In this document: in pieces, positions 30,653 through 40,990 of the stretch
Layout: every line of letters begins with the position of its first letter
How positions within the stretch are numbered: position 1 is the stretch's first letter
DNA from: Gemmatales bacterium
GTDB taxonomy: Bacteria > Planctomycetota > Planctomycetia > Gemmatales > HRBIN36
DNA: 64,000 nucleotides
NCBI GenBank assembly: GCA_041640595.1
Contig: JBEPZY010000009.1
Span: 100,263-164,262 of the forward strand
Direction of reading: 5' to 3'
Position numbers and translations under genes: made by a program
Notes under the pieces: generated by a model
Told to the model about the DNA's origin: nothing
Databases searched by the model: none
The model's input: only the letters and a program-made list of their open reading frames with translations

Positions 30653-32410
30653 CTATAAGGCCAGTGCCTCGGGCAAAAGACGCCGGATTCGTTCGCGTAA
30701 ATAAGTGGCAATATCCTGTGCGGTTTCCATTTGCAAGACGGTTTCTGCGTCCCGACGGGCTTCTTCGGCGCTAATCGAGCGGACCAGCTTTTTGATCTCC
30801 AGAATGGCGTGAGGAGGGGTACTGAGCTGGCGCAAGCCCAGTCCGATGAGCAAATAGGCGTACATGGGCTCGCCACTCATTTCTCCGCAGACATTGACGG
30901 GAATGCCAGCCCGTTCAGCAGCACGGACAACCTGGTCAATCAGCCGAATCACCGCCGGGTCGGAAGCGTTGTACAGGTAGGCGACGTTTTCGTTGGTGCG
31001 ATCCGCAGCCAGTGTGTACTGGATGAGGTCATTGGTGCCGATGGAGAAAAAGTCCACTTCCCGGGCGAGGAGATCCGCCAGCAGTGCGGCGGACGGCACC
31101 TCGATCATGGTGCCCACAGGAATACGGTGGTTGAAAGGAATTTTCTCCTCGTCGAGTTCCTCCATAACATCGTTGAGCAGCAGCTTGGCTTCGCGGAGTT
31201 CGGAAATGGTGCTGACCATAGGGAACATAATGCGAACGTCGCCGAAAGCGCTGGCTCGCAGAATGGCCCGCAATTGGACGCGGAAAAGGTTCTTGTTACG
31301 CAAGCACAAACGCAGGCTTCGCACGCCCAAAAAAGGATTCCGCTCCTGCGCCAGCGGGTCGGTAACGGCACTGAACTTGTCGGCGCCGACATCGAGAGTG
31401 CGAATAACAATGGGCTTGCCAGGAAGCTGCCGAATGACTTTCAGATACGCTTCCAGATGTTCCTGCTCGGTCGGGTCCTCCTTGCGGCTCAGGTAAAGGA
31501 ATTCGGTTCTGTACAGCCCGACGCCTTCCGCGCCTCGTTCAAGAATCTGGCCGGCTTCTTCGGGAAATTCAATGTTGCCGTATAGATGAATGTGCACACC
31601 GTCGCGAGTAACTGCGGGCAGGTCGCGCAACTCGATGAGTTCGCGTTCCAGGCCGGCAAGCGCTCGCTGAGCCTGGCGGTAGTGTTCCAGCGTGTCCGAA
31701 TCGGGGTCGAGAATAACCACGCCGCGATTGCCATCCACGATCACCAAGTCGCCACCGGAAACGTCGGTAAGAAATTTTCCCAGACCGACCACGGCTGGAA
31801 TTCCCAAAACGCCCGCAACGATGGCCGTATGACTGGTGCGACCACCAACCTCGGTGGCGAATGCCAGCACATGCTGACGGTCCAGTTGAGCTGTTTCGCT
31901 GGGAGTTAAGTCGTGGGCCAGTAAAACCACCGGTTGAGCCAGTTTGTGCAATTGCTCCTGCCGCTGGCCGATCAGTTGCCGTAACAGACGCTTCTCGATG
32001 TCAAACAAATCGCTCTGACGGTCTGCAAGGAAGCGCTGGTTCAGTCCGGCCAGAAGTTTGGCGCGGCGTCGAATCACACGGCTCAGGGCATATTCGGCAG
32101 TGAAGCCACGGTCGCGGATATTCGCGGCCACTTCGTTGCGTAAGCCGGGATCCTCAATCAGAGCGGCGTGGGCACCGAAAATCTCCCCGTATTTTTCGCC
32201 TAACTTTTCGGCAACTGTCCGCTGGTCAGCGCGAGCCTCTGCGGCGGCGGCTTTGATCGCCCGGTCGAAACGCTCAATTTCCTGCGGATAGGTTCCCTGG
32301 GGGATAAACCGCTCCGGGATGCGCACTTCCTCAGTGTCCAGCACCCAGGCTGGGCCAATGGCTACTCCTGGGGAGACAGGTATTCCCCGTTTGATCTCCA
32401 TAAGGACCAC
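30653..32410 (-). CDS. ptsI: PTS enzyme I
   Basis: GGRTSHTAI, GVGLYRTEFL, ERNPFLGVR, SIGTNDL, CGEM. Confidence 0.97.
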   Translation of the reverse strand: MVLMEIKRGIPVSPGVAIGPAWVLDTEEVRIPERFIPQGTYPQEIERFDRAIKAAAAEARADQRTVAEKLGEKYGEIFGAHAALIEDPGLRNEVAANIRDRGFTAEYALSRVIRRRAKLLAGLNQRFLADRQSDLFDIEKRLLRQLIGQRQEQLHKLAQPVVLLAHDLTPSETAQLDRQHVLAFATEVGGRTSHTAIVAGVLGIPAVVGLGKFLTDVSGGDLVIVDGNRGVVILDPDSDTLEHYRQAQRALAGLERELIELRDLPAVTRDGVHIHLYGNIEFPEEAGQILERGAEGVGLYRTEFLYLSRKEDPTEQEHLEAYLKVIRQLPGKPIVIRTLDVGADKFSAVTDPLAQERNPFLGVRSLRLCLRNKNLFRVQLRAILRASAFGDVRIMFPMVSTISELREAKLLLNDVMEELDEEKIPFNHRIPVGTMIEVPSAALLADLLAREVDFFSIGTNDLIQYTLAADRTNENVAYLYNASDPAVIRLIDQVVRAAERAGIPVNVCGEMSGEPMYAYLLIGLGLRQLSTPPHAILEIKKLVRSISAEEARRDAETVLQMETAQDIATYLRERIRRLLPEALAL

Positions 32411-32420
32411 TCAAAAGCAA

Positions 32421-32699
32421 CTATTCCGGTTCAGCGCGGGTGAGGATAGCAGCGAGTTCTTCGACAGCTTGACCGGCATCCGGACCGACAGCTTCGATGA
32501 CGACTTCGGCCCCGTGAGCGGCTCCAAGCTGAAGAATATCGAAAGGGCTGCGGCAATTCTCGGCACGCCGATCCCCATGGGTCAGGACAATCTGACAGTG
32601 ATAGCGAGCCGCCGCCCGGGCACATTCAGCCGCCTGCCGGATATGCAACCCCTGCGGGTCGCCGATTCGCACACTTCGCACCACGCGGTCCTGCGTCAT
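32421..32699 (-). CDS. ptsH: HPr phosphocarrier protein
   Basis: GLHIRQA (His15), RSPFDIL (Ser46 equivalent), GPDA. Confidence 0.9.
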   Translation of the reverse strand: MTQDRVVRSVRIGDPQGLHIRQAAECARAAARYHCQIVLTHGDRRAENCRSPFDILQLGAAHGAEVVIEAVGPDAGQAVEELAAILTRAEPE

Positions 32700-32785
32700 C
32701 CTCGCCTGGCCCTGGTGGGGCTGATTTGAGGAAAAGGTTAAGCCGGTTCGCTGTGAGGTGATTGCTTTTACCTGCTTGCCGCCAG

Positions 32786-33253
32786 TTAGCTTCCACTCTC
32801 CGATTCCAGAATTAACTCCCAAATTTCCTGGGCCGTAGTCGCCTGTCGCAGGAACCGGCAAAAGGTCTCGTTGCGGAGATTGCGTGTGACGTTTTCCAAT
32901 GCCCGCAAATGTTCACCAGTCCTATCCACGGGCGAAATAAGCAACACAAAGATGTACACAGCTTCGTTGTCAATGCTCTGGAAATCCACGCCCTGGTGGG
33001 AAACGGCAACGGTACCGATAGGCCGATCTACACTTTCGTGCTTGGTGTGGGGAATAGCTACTCCGTGCCCGATACCGGTGGAACCCAGTTGCTCACGCTT
33101 CAGCAGAGCTTTGACAATGCTCTCCACCTGGTTGGGCTTGATATGGCCGGTGCGTTTCAGCGCCTCGACCATTTCCCGGATGACGCCTTCTTTAGTGGTC
33201 TGGGTCAAGTTAGGGATCAGCGCGTCCCGGACCACGAACTCGGACATTCGCAT
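32786..33253 (-). CDS. ptsN: PTS EIIA (Ntr/Fru type)
   Basis: REQLGSTGIGHGVAIPH. Confidence 0.92.
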   Translation of the reverse strand: MRMSEFVVRDALIPNLTQTTKEGVIREMVEALKRTGHIKPNQVESIVKALLKREQLGSTGIGHGVAIPHTKHESVDRPIGTVAVSHQGVDFQSIDNEAVYIFVLLISPVDRTGEHLRALENVTRNLRNETFCRFLRQATTAQEIWELILESESGS

Positions 33254-33419
33254 GGGATGCGCCCTTTCTCTGCTCAATTTTCGCTGGTTTGCCGGAGCCA
33301 AGTCGTACTGGCCAGGCCAGGATGGATAGTGAAAGCCCGGCCCTGCTGGGTCGCCAGAACCCCGGCTCCGAATCATAATAATACGGACAACGGCGTCCCG
33401 TGCCTCGAACTGCAGGAGC

Positions 33420-33740
33420 CTACGGGACACCGCCCATTGGCGGTGTACGGCGGTGATCCTGGATTTTTTCCTTGTAGCGAGTCAGCTGTTTTTCGAGTTT
33501 ATCCATGATCAGATCCACCGCGGCTCGCACATCGCCAGCCGACTCACGGGCGACGAAATCGTGTTTGTGTTCCGCGGAAACGAGAAATTCCACCTGCTTG
33601 ATGTCTCCCTTGAGGTCCACCGTGACCTCGATGGCGGTCAACCGGTCGAAATGGTGGATTAGCCGTTCCGCTTTCTCACGAATGAATTGTTGCAGTTCTG
33701 GTGATAGTTGCCCGTGTCGTGCTGAGATTTTGATAAGCAC
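33420..33740 (-). CDS. hpf: Ribosome hibernation factor HPF/RaiA
   Basis: IKISARH, AAVDLIMDKLEKQLTRYKEK; GTG start with AGGAG RBS. Confidence 0.9.
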   Translation of the reverse strand: MLIKISARHGQLSPELQQFIREKAERLIHHFDRLTAIEVTVDLKGDIKQVEFLVSAEHKHDFVARESAGDVRAAVDLIMDKLEKQLTRYKEKIQDHRRTPPMGGVP

Positions 33741-33911
33741 GCGCCAACTCCTGAGCCATTCAGCCAGCTTACGCCAGCCGCCTTCCAGGTGTTTGCCTGC
33801 ACTCTGGTTCGTCAGGCACACTAATCATAGAAGCAGTTCAAAAGCGGGTCAATCGAGCTTGGCATTCACCCTGGCCCAGGGGCGAAAATCACGCGGAAAA
33901 CAATCGTCGTT

Positions 33912-34112
33912 ACAGTGGCCACTGACCAGTGACCAGTGGTCGGTGGCCGGTGGTCAGTGGCCGGAGGTCAGTGGCTGGTGTTCAGTGCTCGGTGATCAGT
34001 AGTCGGTGGCCAGGGAACTAGACGGCGTGACTTGCCGGTACGGGCTGGCGTTTGTTTGTGTTCGCATCACGCTCGCCTGTTCCGCTGACCACCGACCACT
34101 GACCACCGGCCA
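33912..34112. repeat. Degenerate heptamer tract (CAGTGGT/C) with an inverted tract downstream
   Basis: CAGTGGT/CGGTGGC units at 33912-34012; complementary GACCACC/GACCACT units at 34085-34112. Confidence 0.85.
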
Positions 34113-34327
34113 CATTTATGGCCTGTCATGCTGGCCTGTTTCGGTCTGGTAAGCCCCAATGCACCCGGCGTTGGACATTGGTAGGCTGTCTGTCGACTGG
34201 TCATGTTGAGGGGAAGCCGGTCGGGCTCGTGGTCAGTTTTGGTAAAAGGCTGGCGACTTCTTAGCCGATACATTCGATACCAGCTGCAAAGTTTAACATG
34301 CTTTGTGGCTGGGGCGGAGAATCAGTC

Positions 34328-36145
34328 ATGCCGCTGACTAGCCTACTTTTATCCTGTCTGGTAACACTGGCGCCCAGCGATGCCGGGCCTCCGCGGGGTC
34401 CGGTTTTCATCAACGAACGCGCCGTGCCCATACCGGTCAATTGTGAACGTCCCGAACTTGTGCAAAAGGTCGATCTGTATGTTTCCGCCGACCAGGGAAA
34501 ACAGTGGCACCTTTATGCCGCCATTCAGCCGACCCAGAAGGAGATTTCGTTTGTGGCGCCAACCGACGGGGAATACTGGTTCGACCTGGTTACCACCTTC
34601 AAGGACGGTCGCAGTGAACCGCGAGCGCCTGGCCTGCAACCCCCGCTTCTGGTCCTCATCGTGGACACTAAACCGCCGCGAATTACCTTGCGGCCACAGG
34701 ACAGTTCTGACGGACAAGCGTCGGTAGCGTGGGAAATTGAGGATGATCATCTCGATCTGCGGAGCTTGAAGCTGGAATACCGGGATGCGACCACCGGCAG
34801 CTGGGTCAGCCTACCTGTTATTCCTCCTTCCGCAAAAGGCGAGAAACGCTGGCCCGTTCATGGGACCGGTTCCGTGCTGGTTCGTTTAAGTGTTTCGGAC
34901 CTGGCAGAGAATCAGGCACAAGCTCAGGTGGAAATACCACTGGGAAAGGGAAGTGGCCAGTTTGCGGTGGCCGGTGGTCAACCTGGTGGGCAGTTACCGG
35001 TGGGTGGTCAGGGCACGGTGGCGGCAAGTGCTGCCCCAACCCCTGCGATGGGCCTTCAGGCTCCCACCTGGCCGTCCAGTCATGGCCAGAACCTGCCTGC
35101 CGCGGGTTCAACTGCCGGGGCGAACACAGGGGCGCGAACTTTCAGCCCGGCGGAAAATCCCCCTTCTGTGGTTCCACCGCCGCCGCCACCACCTGGCTCG
35201 GCCACCACCGCGACGAACGCCGCCAATCCAGGCACACCCGCGTTTTCGCCAGCGTCTTCCGCCCAACATGCCAGCAGCCAAAGCTATGGGCCGCAGAGCT
35301 TTAGTTCGACACTTCCTGCTTCGGCAGGAACCGTTGCACCTGCCCAAGCATCGGCTTTGCCGCCTCCGCCAGCGCCTCTGCCGACGGAAACCGCTGCTCC
35401 GCGAGTCATTGCTCGCTCAGACAGTAGCGGTCTGCCCACACAACTGGCCAGCTGGAACCAGCACAGCCCAGGCGGGACTAACACGAATTTCCGTAGCCGA
35501 TTCAACCTGCCGACACCGCGTTATCTGAACAGTACCCGGGCCAGTCTGCAGTACGAGATTTCCCGCGTTGGCCCATCCGGTATCGGCAGTGTCGAGGTCT
35601 GGATGACCCGCGACGATGGCCGGACCTGGTTCAAAGCTGCAGAGGATCCGGACTTGCAGCCTCCGGTGCAGGTGGAGTTTCCCGGCGAAGGAGTGTATGG
35701 CCTGACACTGGTGGTTCGCAGTCGCGCTGGTCTGGGACGTCAGCCGCCACAGCCTGGCGAACCGCCGGACTTGCGCGTCGAGGTGGATCTCACGCCGCCT
35801 TACGCAGAACTGTACAACGTCGAAGCCGACCCGCAGCGCCGCGATTGCCTCATTTTGCTTTGGAGCGCCACCGACAAGAATCTCGCGGCTAATCCTATCA
35901 CGTTGAAATGGGCGGAGCGCGAATCGGGGCCCTGGCAGGTAATCGCCGCCGATCTGCCCAATACGGGCCGTTACGTTTGGAAAATGCCCGAGCATTTGCC
36001 GTACATGGTTTACTTACGGCTGGAGGCACGCGACCTGGCTGGAAATCTCGCCGTCGCGCAAACACCGAAACCCATTCTCGTCGATCTCCAGGAGCCGGAA
36101 GTGAAACTCCTCGACATCACCCCGCCACTGGACGCTAACCGATAG
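34328..36145 (+). CDS. Secreted protein with beta-sandwich domains flanking a Pro/Ala-rich linker
   Basis: Signal-like N-terminus; two related modules (VDTKPP/VDLTPP, DLAEN/DLAGN). Confidence 0.85.
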   Translation: MPLTSLLLSCLVTLAPSDAGPPRGPVFINERAVPIPVNCERPELVQKVDLYVSADQGKQWHLYAAIQPTQKEISFVAPTDGEYWFDLVTTFKDGRSEPRAPGLQPPLLVLIVDTKPPRITLRPQDSSDGQASVAWEIEDDHLDLRSLKLEYRDATTGSWVSLPVIPPSAKGEKRWPVHGTGSVLVRLSVSDLAENQAQAQVEIPLGKGSGQFAVAGGQPGGQLPVGGQGTVAASAAPTPAMGLQAPTWPSSHGQNLPAAGSTAGANTGARTFSPAENPPSVVPPPPPPPGSATTATNAANPGTPAFSPASSAQHASSQSYGPQSFSSTLPASAGTVAPAQASALPPPPAPLPTETAAPRVIARSDSSGLPTQLASWNQHSPGGTNTNFRSRFNLPTPRYLNSTRASLQYEISRVGPSGIGSVEVWMTRDDGRTWFKAAEDPDLQPPVQVEFPGEGVYGLTLVVRSRAGLGRQPPQPGEPPDLRVEVDLTPPYAELYNVEADPQRRDCLILLWSATDKNLAANPITLKWAERESGPWQVIAADLPNTGRYVWKMPEHLPYMVYLRLEARDLAGNLAVAQTPKPILVDLQEPEVKLLDITPPLDANR

Positions 36146-36489
36146 AGCCAGACGATTACAGGCTCGTCTGCGGTCAGCAAAAGTCGTTTGGCCAGACATA
36201 GCCAAATCCCCCAGGCCGGTTATAGCCACTCAGGGGCGGTCAGCACAAATCGTGTGGCCCTTCGCTGACTGCTCCGTGTGCGGCGTGTCAGCGTATGACC
36301 TGCACAGTTGTGTTGTTTCAGCTAGGTAAGAATTGCGTGCAAATTCTCATCGCCAGCAAGTATGACCTGCACAGTCGTGTTGTCGTCAGCACAAGGAGCG
36401 TACTCCATCGCTGACCGGCCGGGCTGGAATTGGCTGGTCACTGAAACTTCCGTCGGCCCCGCACAATTACCGGAAAACAGTCCTTTACC

Positions 36490-36958
36490 ACTGCCACTGA
36501 TCACCGCCCACTGGCCACTGGTCACCGGTCACCAGTCACTCCCGCCCCGCCCACCGCCGCTGGTCACCGACTACTCACTGCCGATCGTGCGTCACCGACC
36601 ACCGCCCACTTAATCGCCTGCCACTACCCGCCGGCTGCTGATCAGCGACTACTGGTCACCGGCCACCGATCACTGGCCACTGGTCACGGGTCACCAGTCA
36701 CTCCCGCCCCGCCCACCCGTCGCTGGTCACCGACTAATCACTGCCGATCGTGAGTCACCGACCACTTAATCACCTGCTGCTAACCGCCGACCACTGATCA
36801 CCGCCCAATGGCCGCTGGTCACTGGCCATCGGCCACCACTGACTGGCCACTCATTGGCAACTCCCACCGGCCACTGGTCACCGGTCACCGGCCACCGATC
36901 ACTGGCCACTAATCACCGGCCACTGGTCACTGGCCACTGATCGCCGGCCACCGGCCAC
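36490..36958. repeat. Long heptamer tract (CCACTGG/TCACCGG) containing a ~120-bp higher-order duplication
   Basis: Block GGCCACTGGTCAC...CAGTCACTCCCGCCCCGCCCACC...CACTTAATC at about 36513 and 36675. Confidence 0.9.
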
Positions 36959-36999
36959 GTTGTGCAGCATGGTGCGAGGTAAACGACCTTCATCCCGGC

Positions 37000-37929
37000 T
37001 CAATCGGCCAGATGCCGCCGAAACAAACGATGCAGGTATTCGCGCAGGATCGGTACCTGAACTTCGGTAATCAGTTCCACGTTGGGGGCGGCTCGATGCG
37101 GTGTCAAATCCACAACCAGCATGCCGCGTGTAAGTTCGCCGCGAGTCTCCACATCCACCGTCATGGGATGCGTGCGCAGTGCGTGCGGGCAAGTCAACGC
37201 ACATACCCCAAGCACGTCTTTCAGGTGGAACCCTTCGATGCCGTAGAGCCGAGCCGTTGCACCGATGCCGTAATGGAGAATCCTGCGCAAAAAATAGCAG
37301 GCTCGCGACTCGCGATCCGTCAGGGAAGCAATTTCGGCCGGCGACAGCAGCAACTGGCGGGTTACATCCAGGGGAGCAAGAACAATCGGGGCACCGCAAC
37401 GCAGCACTTGCCGTGCTGCCTCGGGGTCGCAGTAGAAATGAAACTCAGCGACCGCAGAAGCGTTGCCAGGTTCCCGCCAGGTCCCGCCCACAATCACGAA
37501 TTGTCGCACTCGTCGTGCCAGGGTTGGGTCGCGATCCAGGGCCCGGGCGATCACGGTCAGCGGACCCAAACACACTACCGTAACCTCATTCGGATACTCG
37601 CTGGTTAACTCCAGCAGGAGCCGATCCGAAGGAAATAATCGGTGTCTGCCGACGTGCGGCCAGGAGATACCGCCTAACCCACCGGGGCCATGCAATCGCG
37701 TACCGTCGCTGTCATAACGAACCGGCGGGGCTTCGCCAAGACGGGGCCAGCGCGGCGGATCCAGGTAGTCCATGATGATATGGACATTCCGCGTCGCCTC
37801 TTCGGCAGACACGTTGCCTGCCGTGGCCGCGATTCCCAGCACCTCCACTTCCGGGTCGAACAGCGCCACCGCAATGGCGACCGCGGTATCAATTCCAGGA
37901 TCAGCAACCAGCACGACCTTCCGAGGCAT
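37000..37929 (-). CDS. Nucleoside hydrolase (IU-NH family)
   Basis: DPGID, AGNV, HGPGGLG, GPLT, AEFHFYCDPEAA. Confidence 0.92.
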   Translation of the reverse strand: MPRKVVLVADPGIDTAVAIAVALFDPEVEVLGIAATAGNVSAEEATRNVHIIMDYLDPPRWPRLGEAPPVRYDSDGTRLHGPGGLGGISWPHVGRHRLFPSDRLLLELTSEYPNEVTVVCLGPLTVIARALDRDPTLARRVRQFVIVGGTWREPGNASAVAEFHFYCDPEAARQVLRCGAPIVLAPLDVTRQLLLSPAEIASLTDRESRACYFLRRILHYGIGATARLYGIEGFHLKDVLGVCALTCPHALRTHPMTVDVETRGELTRGMLVVDLTPHRAAPNVELITEVQVPILREYLHRLFRRHLAD

Positions 37930-38114
37930 ACCGTTATCTTAGTGGTGCAGTCGGTGGGTGGCGGGAATCCGCATGGCGCGAGTGGCCGGTGGTCGGTGAA
38001 CGGTGCCCAGAGCGCCGTCGCTGATTTTGCTTGCCTTTGGTCGGGCCAGCAGCCAAAATAAAGCCAGCCTCTTGCTGCACCGAACGGACAAATGGCAAGC
38101 AAAGGAAGACGCTG

Positions 38115-39653
38115 ATGCTGGCGCGGTTAAAGACGTTTACCCTGGTGGGCATTGATGCTGTCTGCGTAGAAGTCGAGGTGGATGTTGCTCCCGGGTTGCC
38201 AAAAACTGTCCTGGTGGGTTTACCGGAAGCAGCGGTCAAGGAAAGCACCCACCGTATCGAACGTGCGTTAGCCAATCTGGGCTACCATCCACCCCAGGGC
38301 CGTGTCGTCATCAATCTCGCTCCCGCCGATCTTCGCAAAGACGCCGCCAGTTTCGATCTCCCCATCGCCCTGGGCATGTTGATCGGGTCGGGGCAGGTGC
38401 ATGTGGATGCGCGGGGAGAGAACTGGGCAGTGGTGGGCGAGTTAGCGCTGGACGGTTCGACGCGACCGGTCAAGGGTGCGCTTTCTATGGCCATGACCGC
38501 GGCTCGACGGGGTATCCACCATTTCCTGGTACCTTCCGCCAACGCCAAAGAGGCAGCGGTAGTCCAGGAAGTGACTGTTTTTCCCGTCGGCACTCTCACT
38601 GAAGCCGTGGGTTGGCTCACCGGCCAGCTGGAGTTAGAACCTGTGCCGGCGGACGTGGATGGCGTTTTTGCCAAACTCAACGTGTACGATGTGGATTTTG
38701 CTGATGTGCGGGGACAGGAGTTCGCCAAACGTGCCCTGGTGATCGCTGCGGCGGGCGGACATAACGTGCTGATGAGTGGCCCGCCGGGTTCCGGCAAGAC
38801 GATGCTGGCGCGACGGTTACCGACCATTTTGCCACCGCTAACGCCCGAAGAGAGCCTGGAAACGACGCGGATTTACAGCGCCATGGGTTTGCTGCCGGCG
38901 GACCAACCTCTGCTCACGGTGCGGCCGTTCCGCGCTCCTCATCACACCGTCAGCGATGCCGGTCTGGTCGGGGGTGGTACGACTCCAACGCCCGGGGAAA
39001 TATCGCTGGCGCATCACGGCGTGCTGTTTCTGGACGAATTGCCGGAATTCGACCGCCGGACTTTGGAAGTATTGCGTCAACCGCTGGAGGAAGGGCGAGT
39101 GACCATCTCGCGGGCGCTGGCTTCCACAACTTTCCCGGCCAGTTTCATTCTGGTGGCCGCCATGAACCCGTGTCCGTGCGGCTATTTTGGCGATGCTCGC
39201 CGACGGTGTTTGTGTACGCCGACCGCAATCGAACGCTACGTTTCGAAAATCAGCGGGCCGCTTCTCGACCGTATTGACCTGCATGTCGAGGTCCCGGCAG
39301 TACCGTGGCAGGAACTGAGTGCGCCACGGGACGGCATGACCAGTGCACAAATGCGCGAGTTAGTTCTCCGGGCCCGCCAGCGGCAGCAAAAACGCTTCGG
39401 CAATCCCCAGCTGCTGAACGGACGGATGTCCAGCCGACAGTTGCGTCAGTTTTGCCGGCTTGACTCGCAGTCGCAAAACATCCTCCGTGGAGCCGTCGAA
39501 CAATTAGGCCTGTCGGCTCGGGCTCACGATCGCGTCCTGCGGGTCGCCCGGACGATCGCCGACTTAGAAGACCAGGAGGAAATTCGCCCAGAACACGTTA
39601 TCGAGGCTCTCAATTATCGCATTCTCGACCGCAAGCTCTGGCTTCGCTATTAG
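38115..39653 (+). CDS. comM: YifB/ComM Mg-chelatase-like AAA+ ATPase
   Basis: GLPEAAVKES, GPPGSGKT, RPFRAPHH, FLDELPEF, NPCPCG, SGPLLDRID. Confidence 0.95.
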   Translation: MLARLKTFTLVGIDAVCVEVEVDVAPGLPKTVLVGLPEAAVKESTHRIERALANLGYHPPQGRVVINLAPADLRKDAASFDLPIALGMLIGSGQVHVDARGENWAVVGELALDGSTRPVKGALSMAMTAARRGIHHFLVPSANAKEAAVVQEVTVFPVGTLTEAVGWLTGQLELEPVPADVDGVFAKLNVYDVDFADVRGQEFAKRALVIAAAGGHNVLMSGPPGSGKTMLARRLPTILPPLTPEESLETTRIYSAMGLLPADQPLLTVRPFRAPHHTVSDAGLVGGGTTPTPGEISLAHHGVLFLDELPEFDRRTLEVLRQPLEEGRVTISRALASTTFPASFILVAAMNPCPCGYFGDARRRCLCTPTAIERYVSKISGPLLDRIDLHVEVPAVPWQELSAPRDGMTSAQMRELVLRARQRQQKRFGNPQLLNGRMSSRQLRQFCRLDSQSQNILRGAVEQLGLSARAHDRVLRVARTIADLEDQEEIRPEHVIEALNYRILDRKLWLRY

Positions 39654-39664
39654 TACACTGCCCT

Positions 39665-39800
39665 CTTCGAGCAACTGACCACTGGCCACTAACCACTGGC
39701 CACCATAATCTGCGACGAAATCTCTTGTCCAGGTTCGAACTTCGAGTAACTGACCACTGGCCACTGACCACTGGCCACCGATTGCCGATCACCGGCCACT
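39665..39800. repeat. Heptamer tract; 40-bp direct repeat, two copies
   Basis: CTTCGAGYAACTGACCACTGGCCACTRACCACTGGCCACC at 39665 and 39740. Confidence 0.9.
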
Positions 39801-39829
39801 GCTCAAAGCTACCGCACGGAGCATAGCTC

Positions 39830-40117
39830 ATGAAATTCGCCGCTATTATCGAATACACGACCGACCGCGACAAAATTCAAGCCGTGCGTCCCGTGCATCG
39901 GCAGTATCTAGCCCAGCTCAAGGCCCAGGGCAAACTGGTTGCTTCGGGACCATTCACGGATGATAGCGGTGCCTTGATTATCTACGAGGCGGAAAATCGC
40001 CAGGAAGCTGAACAACTCGTCCAGAACGATCCTTTTTGCCGCGAAGGGATATTTCGCAGCTGGCAATTGCGACCCTGGAACCCGGTGCTGGCCAATCGTG
40101 CCCTGTTGCCCGAGTAA
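39830..40117 (+). CDS. YciI-family protein
   Basis: RPVHRQYL, SGPF, GALII, DPF. Confidence 0.92.
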   Translation: MKFAAIIEYTTDRDKIQAVRPVHRQYLAQLKAQGKLVASGPFTDDSGALIIYEAENRQEAEQLVQNDPFCREGIFRSWQLRPWNPVLANRALLPE

Positions 40118-40119
40118 CC

Positions 40120-40644
40120 ATGAGCATGGGGGACTTTTCGGTGGACCGATGGAACACTTTCGTTCAGCAAGTCGGCGAAGCACTGCGGGTAAGGCGGTTA
40201 GGCCCACTGGTCTTCGCCCGTTGCCACTGGGAGAGTGATACACCACTGGAAAAGCTCCCGCCCAAACTGGCCCGACTGGTGGAGACTCTGGCCCAGTGGA
40301 TGCAACAACCGCCGGAGCGGTTCTATCTCACCCGCAAGGCCGAGCTGGCCAGTGTGACGCTGGTCGTGGAATTCCGACCATCGGCAACGGCCATCGTTTC
40401 CCACGCCCGCGGCTTTGCCGACTTGCATGCGCCGACCTCGGCAGGAGTGAGTGATACCGAAGCGGCGAAACCCAAAGCCTTCCCAGGCATCCGCCCGCTG
40501 GGGCTGGACCTTTTCCTGCTGGGCACCCAGGGGGCGATCTACCTCGATGGCACCCAGGATGACCGGCCAGGCGATCCGCTTGTCGTTCCCGATCTCCCCG
40601 CGGATCATCCCATCCATAAGCAACTCGCACAAGTTTGGCCATGA
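40120..40644 (+). CDS. Hypothetical protein
   Basis: Starts 2 nt after the yciI stop; LFLLGTQGAIYLD resembles Gfo/Idh/MocA C-terminal strands. Confidence 0.65.
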   Translation: MSMGDFSVDRWNTFVQQVGEALRVRRLGPLVFARCHWESDTPLEKLPPKLARLVETLAQWMQQPPERFYLTRKAELASVTLVVEFRPSATAIVSHARGFADLHAPTSAGVSDTEAAKPKAFPGIRPLGLDLFLLGTQGAIYLDGTQDDRPGDPLVVPDLPADHPIHKQLAQVWP

Positions 40645-40990
40645 CCGGACCGATTTGCTGTCGGTGAGCGCAGAAGTGGACGATACTTACGCACGGTTTG
40701 GGCGGCTCCAAAGTTGGTTCCTGAATCGCCGTTCCGGAAAGTGAGCCCACCCCAATCAGCTCCTGGCAAGTGGTCTGCGTCCTGGCTGTAAGGCACGATT
40801 GGCGCTGCATCCTGTTGCCCGCTTACCACTGGCAAAATGGCTCGATAGACTAACCAGGATGCTAAAATACCTTGCCGTTGCTGCAATCGGTAGGCGGCCG
40901 ATGGCCGGCACAGATGGCTGGTGGCTGGCGGTCACTGGTCGGTCATTAGCTGGCTGAGACCCTGAGATTGGGCAAAGAGGACTGATTGGC

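Noticed and set aside
27828..33740. hpf-ptsN-ptsH-ptsI-rne cluster as a novel system
   Set aside because: Recognisable housekeeping genes in an ordinary arrangement
36294..36390. Mini CRISPR (29-bp repeat, 38-bp spacer)
   Set aside because: Only two imperfect copies, no recognised repeat family, no cas genes
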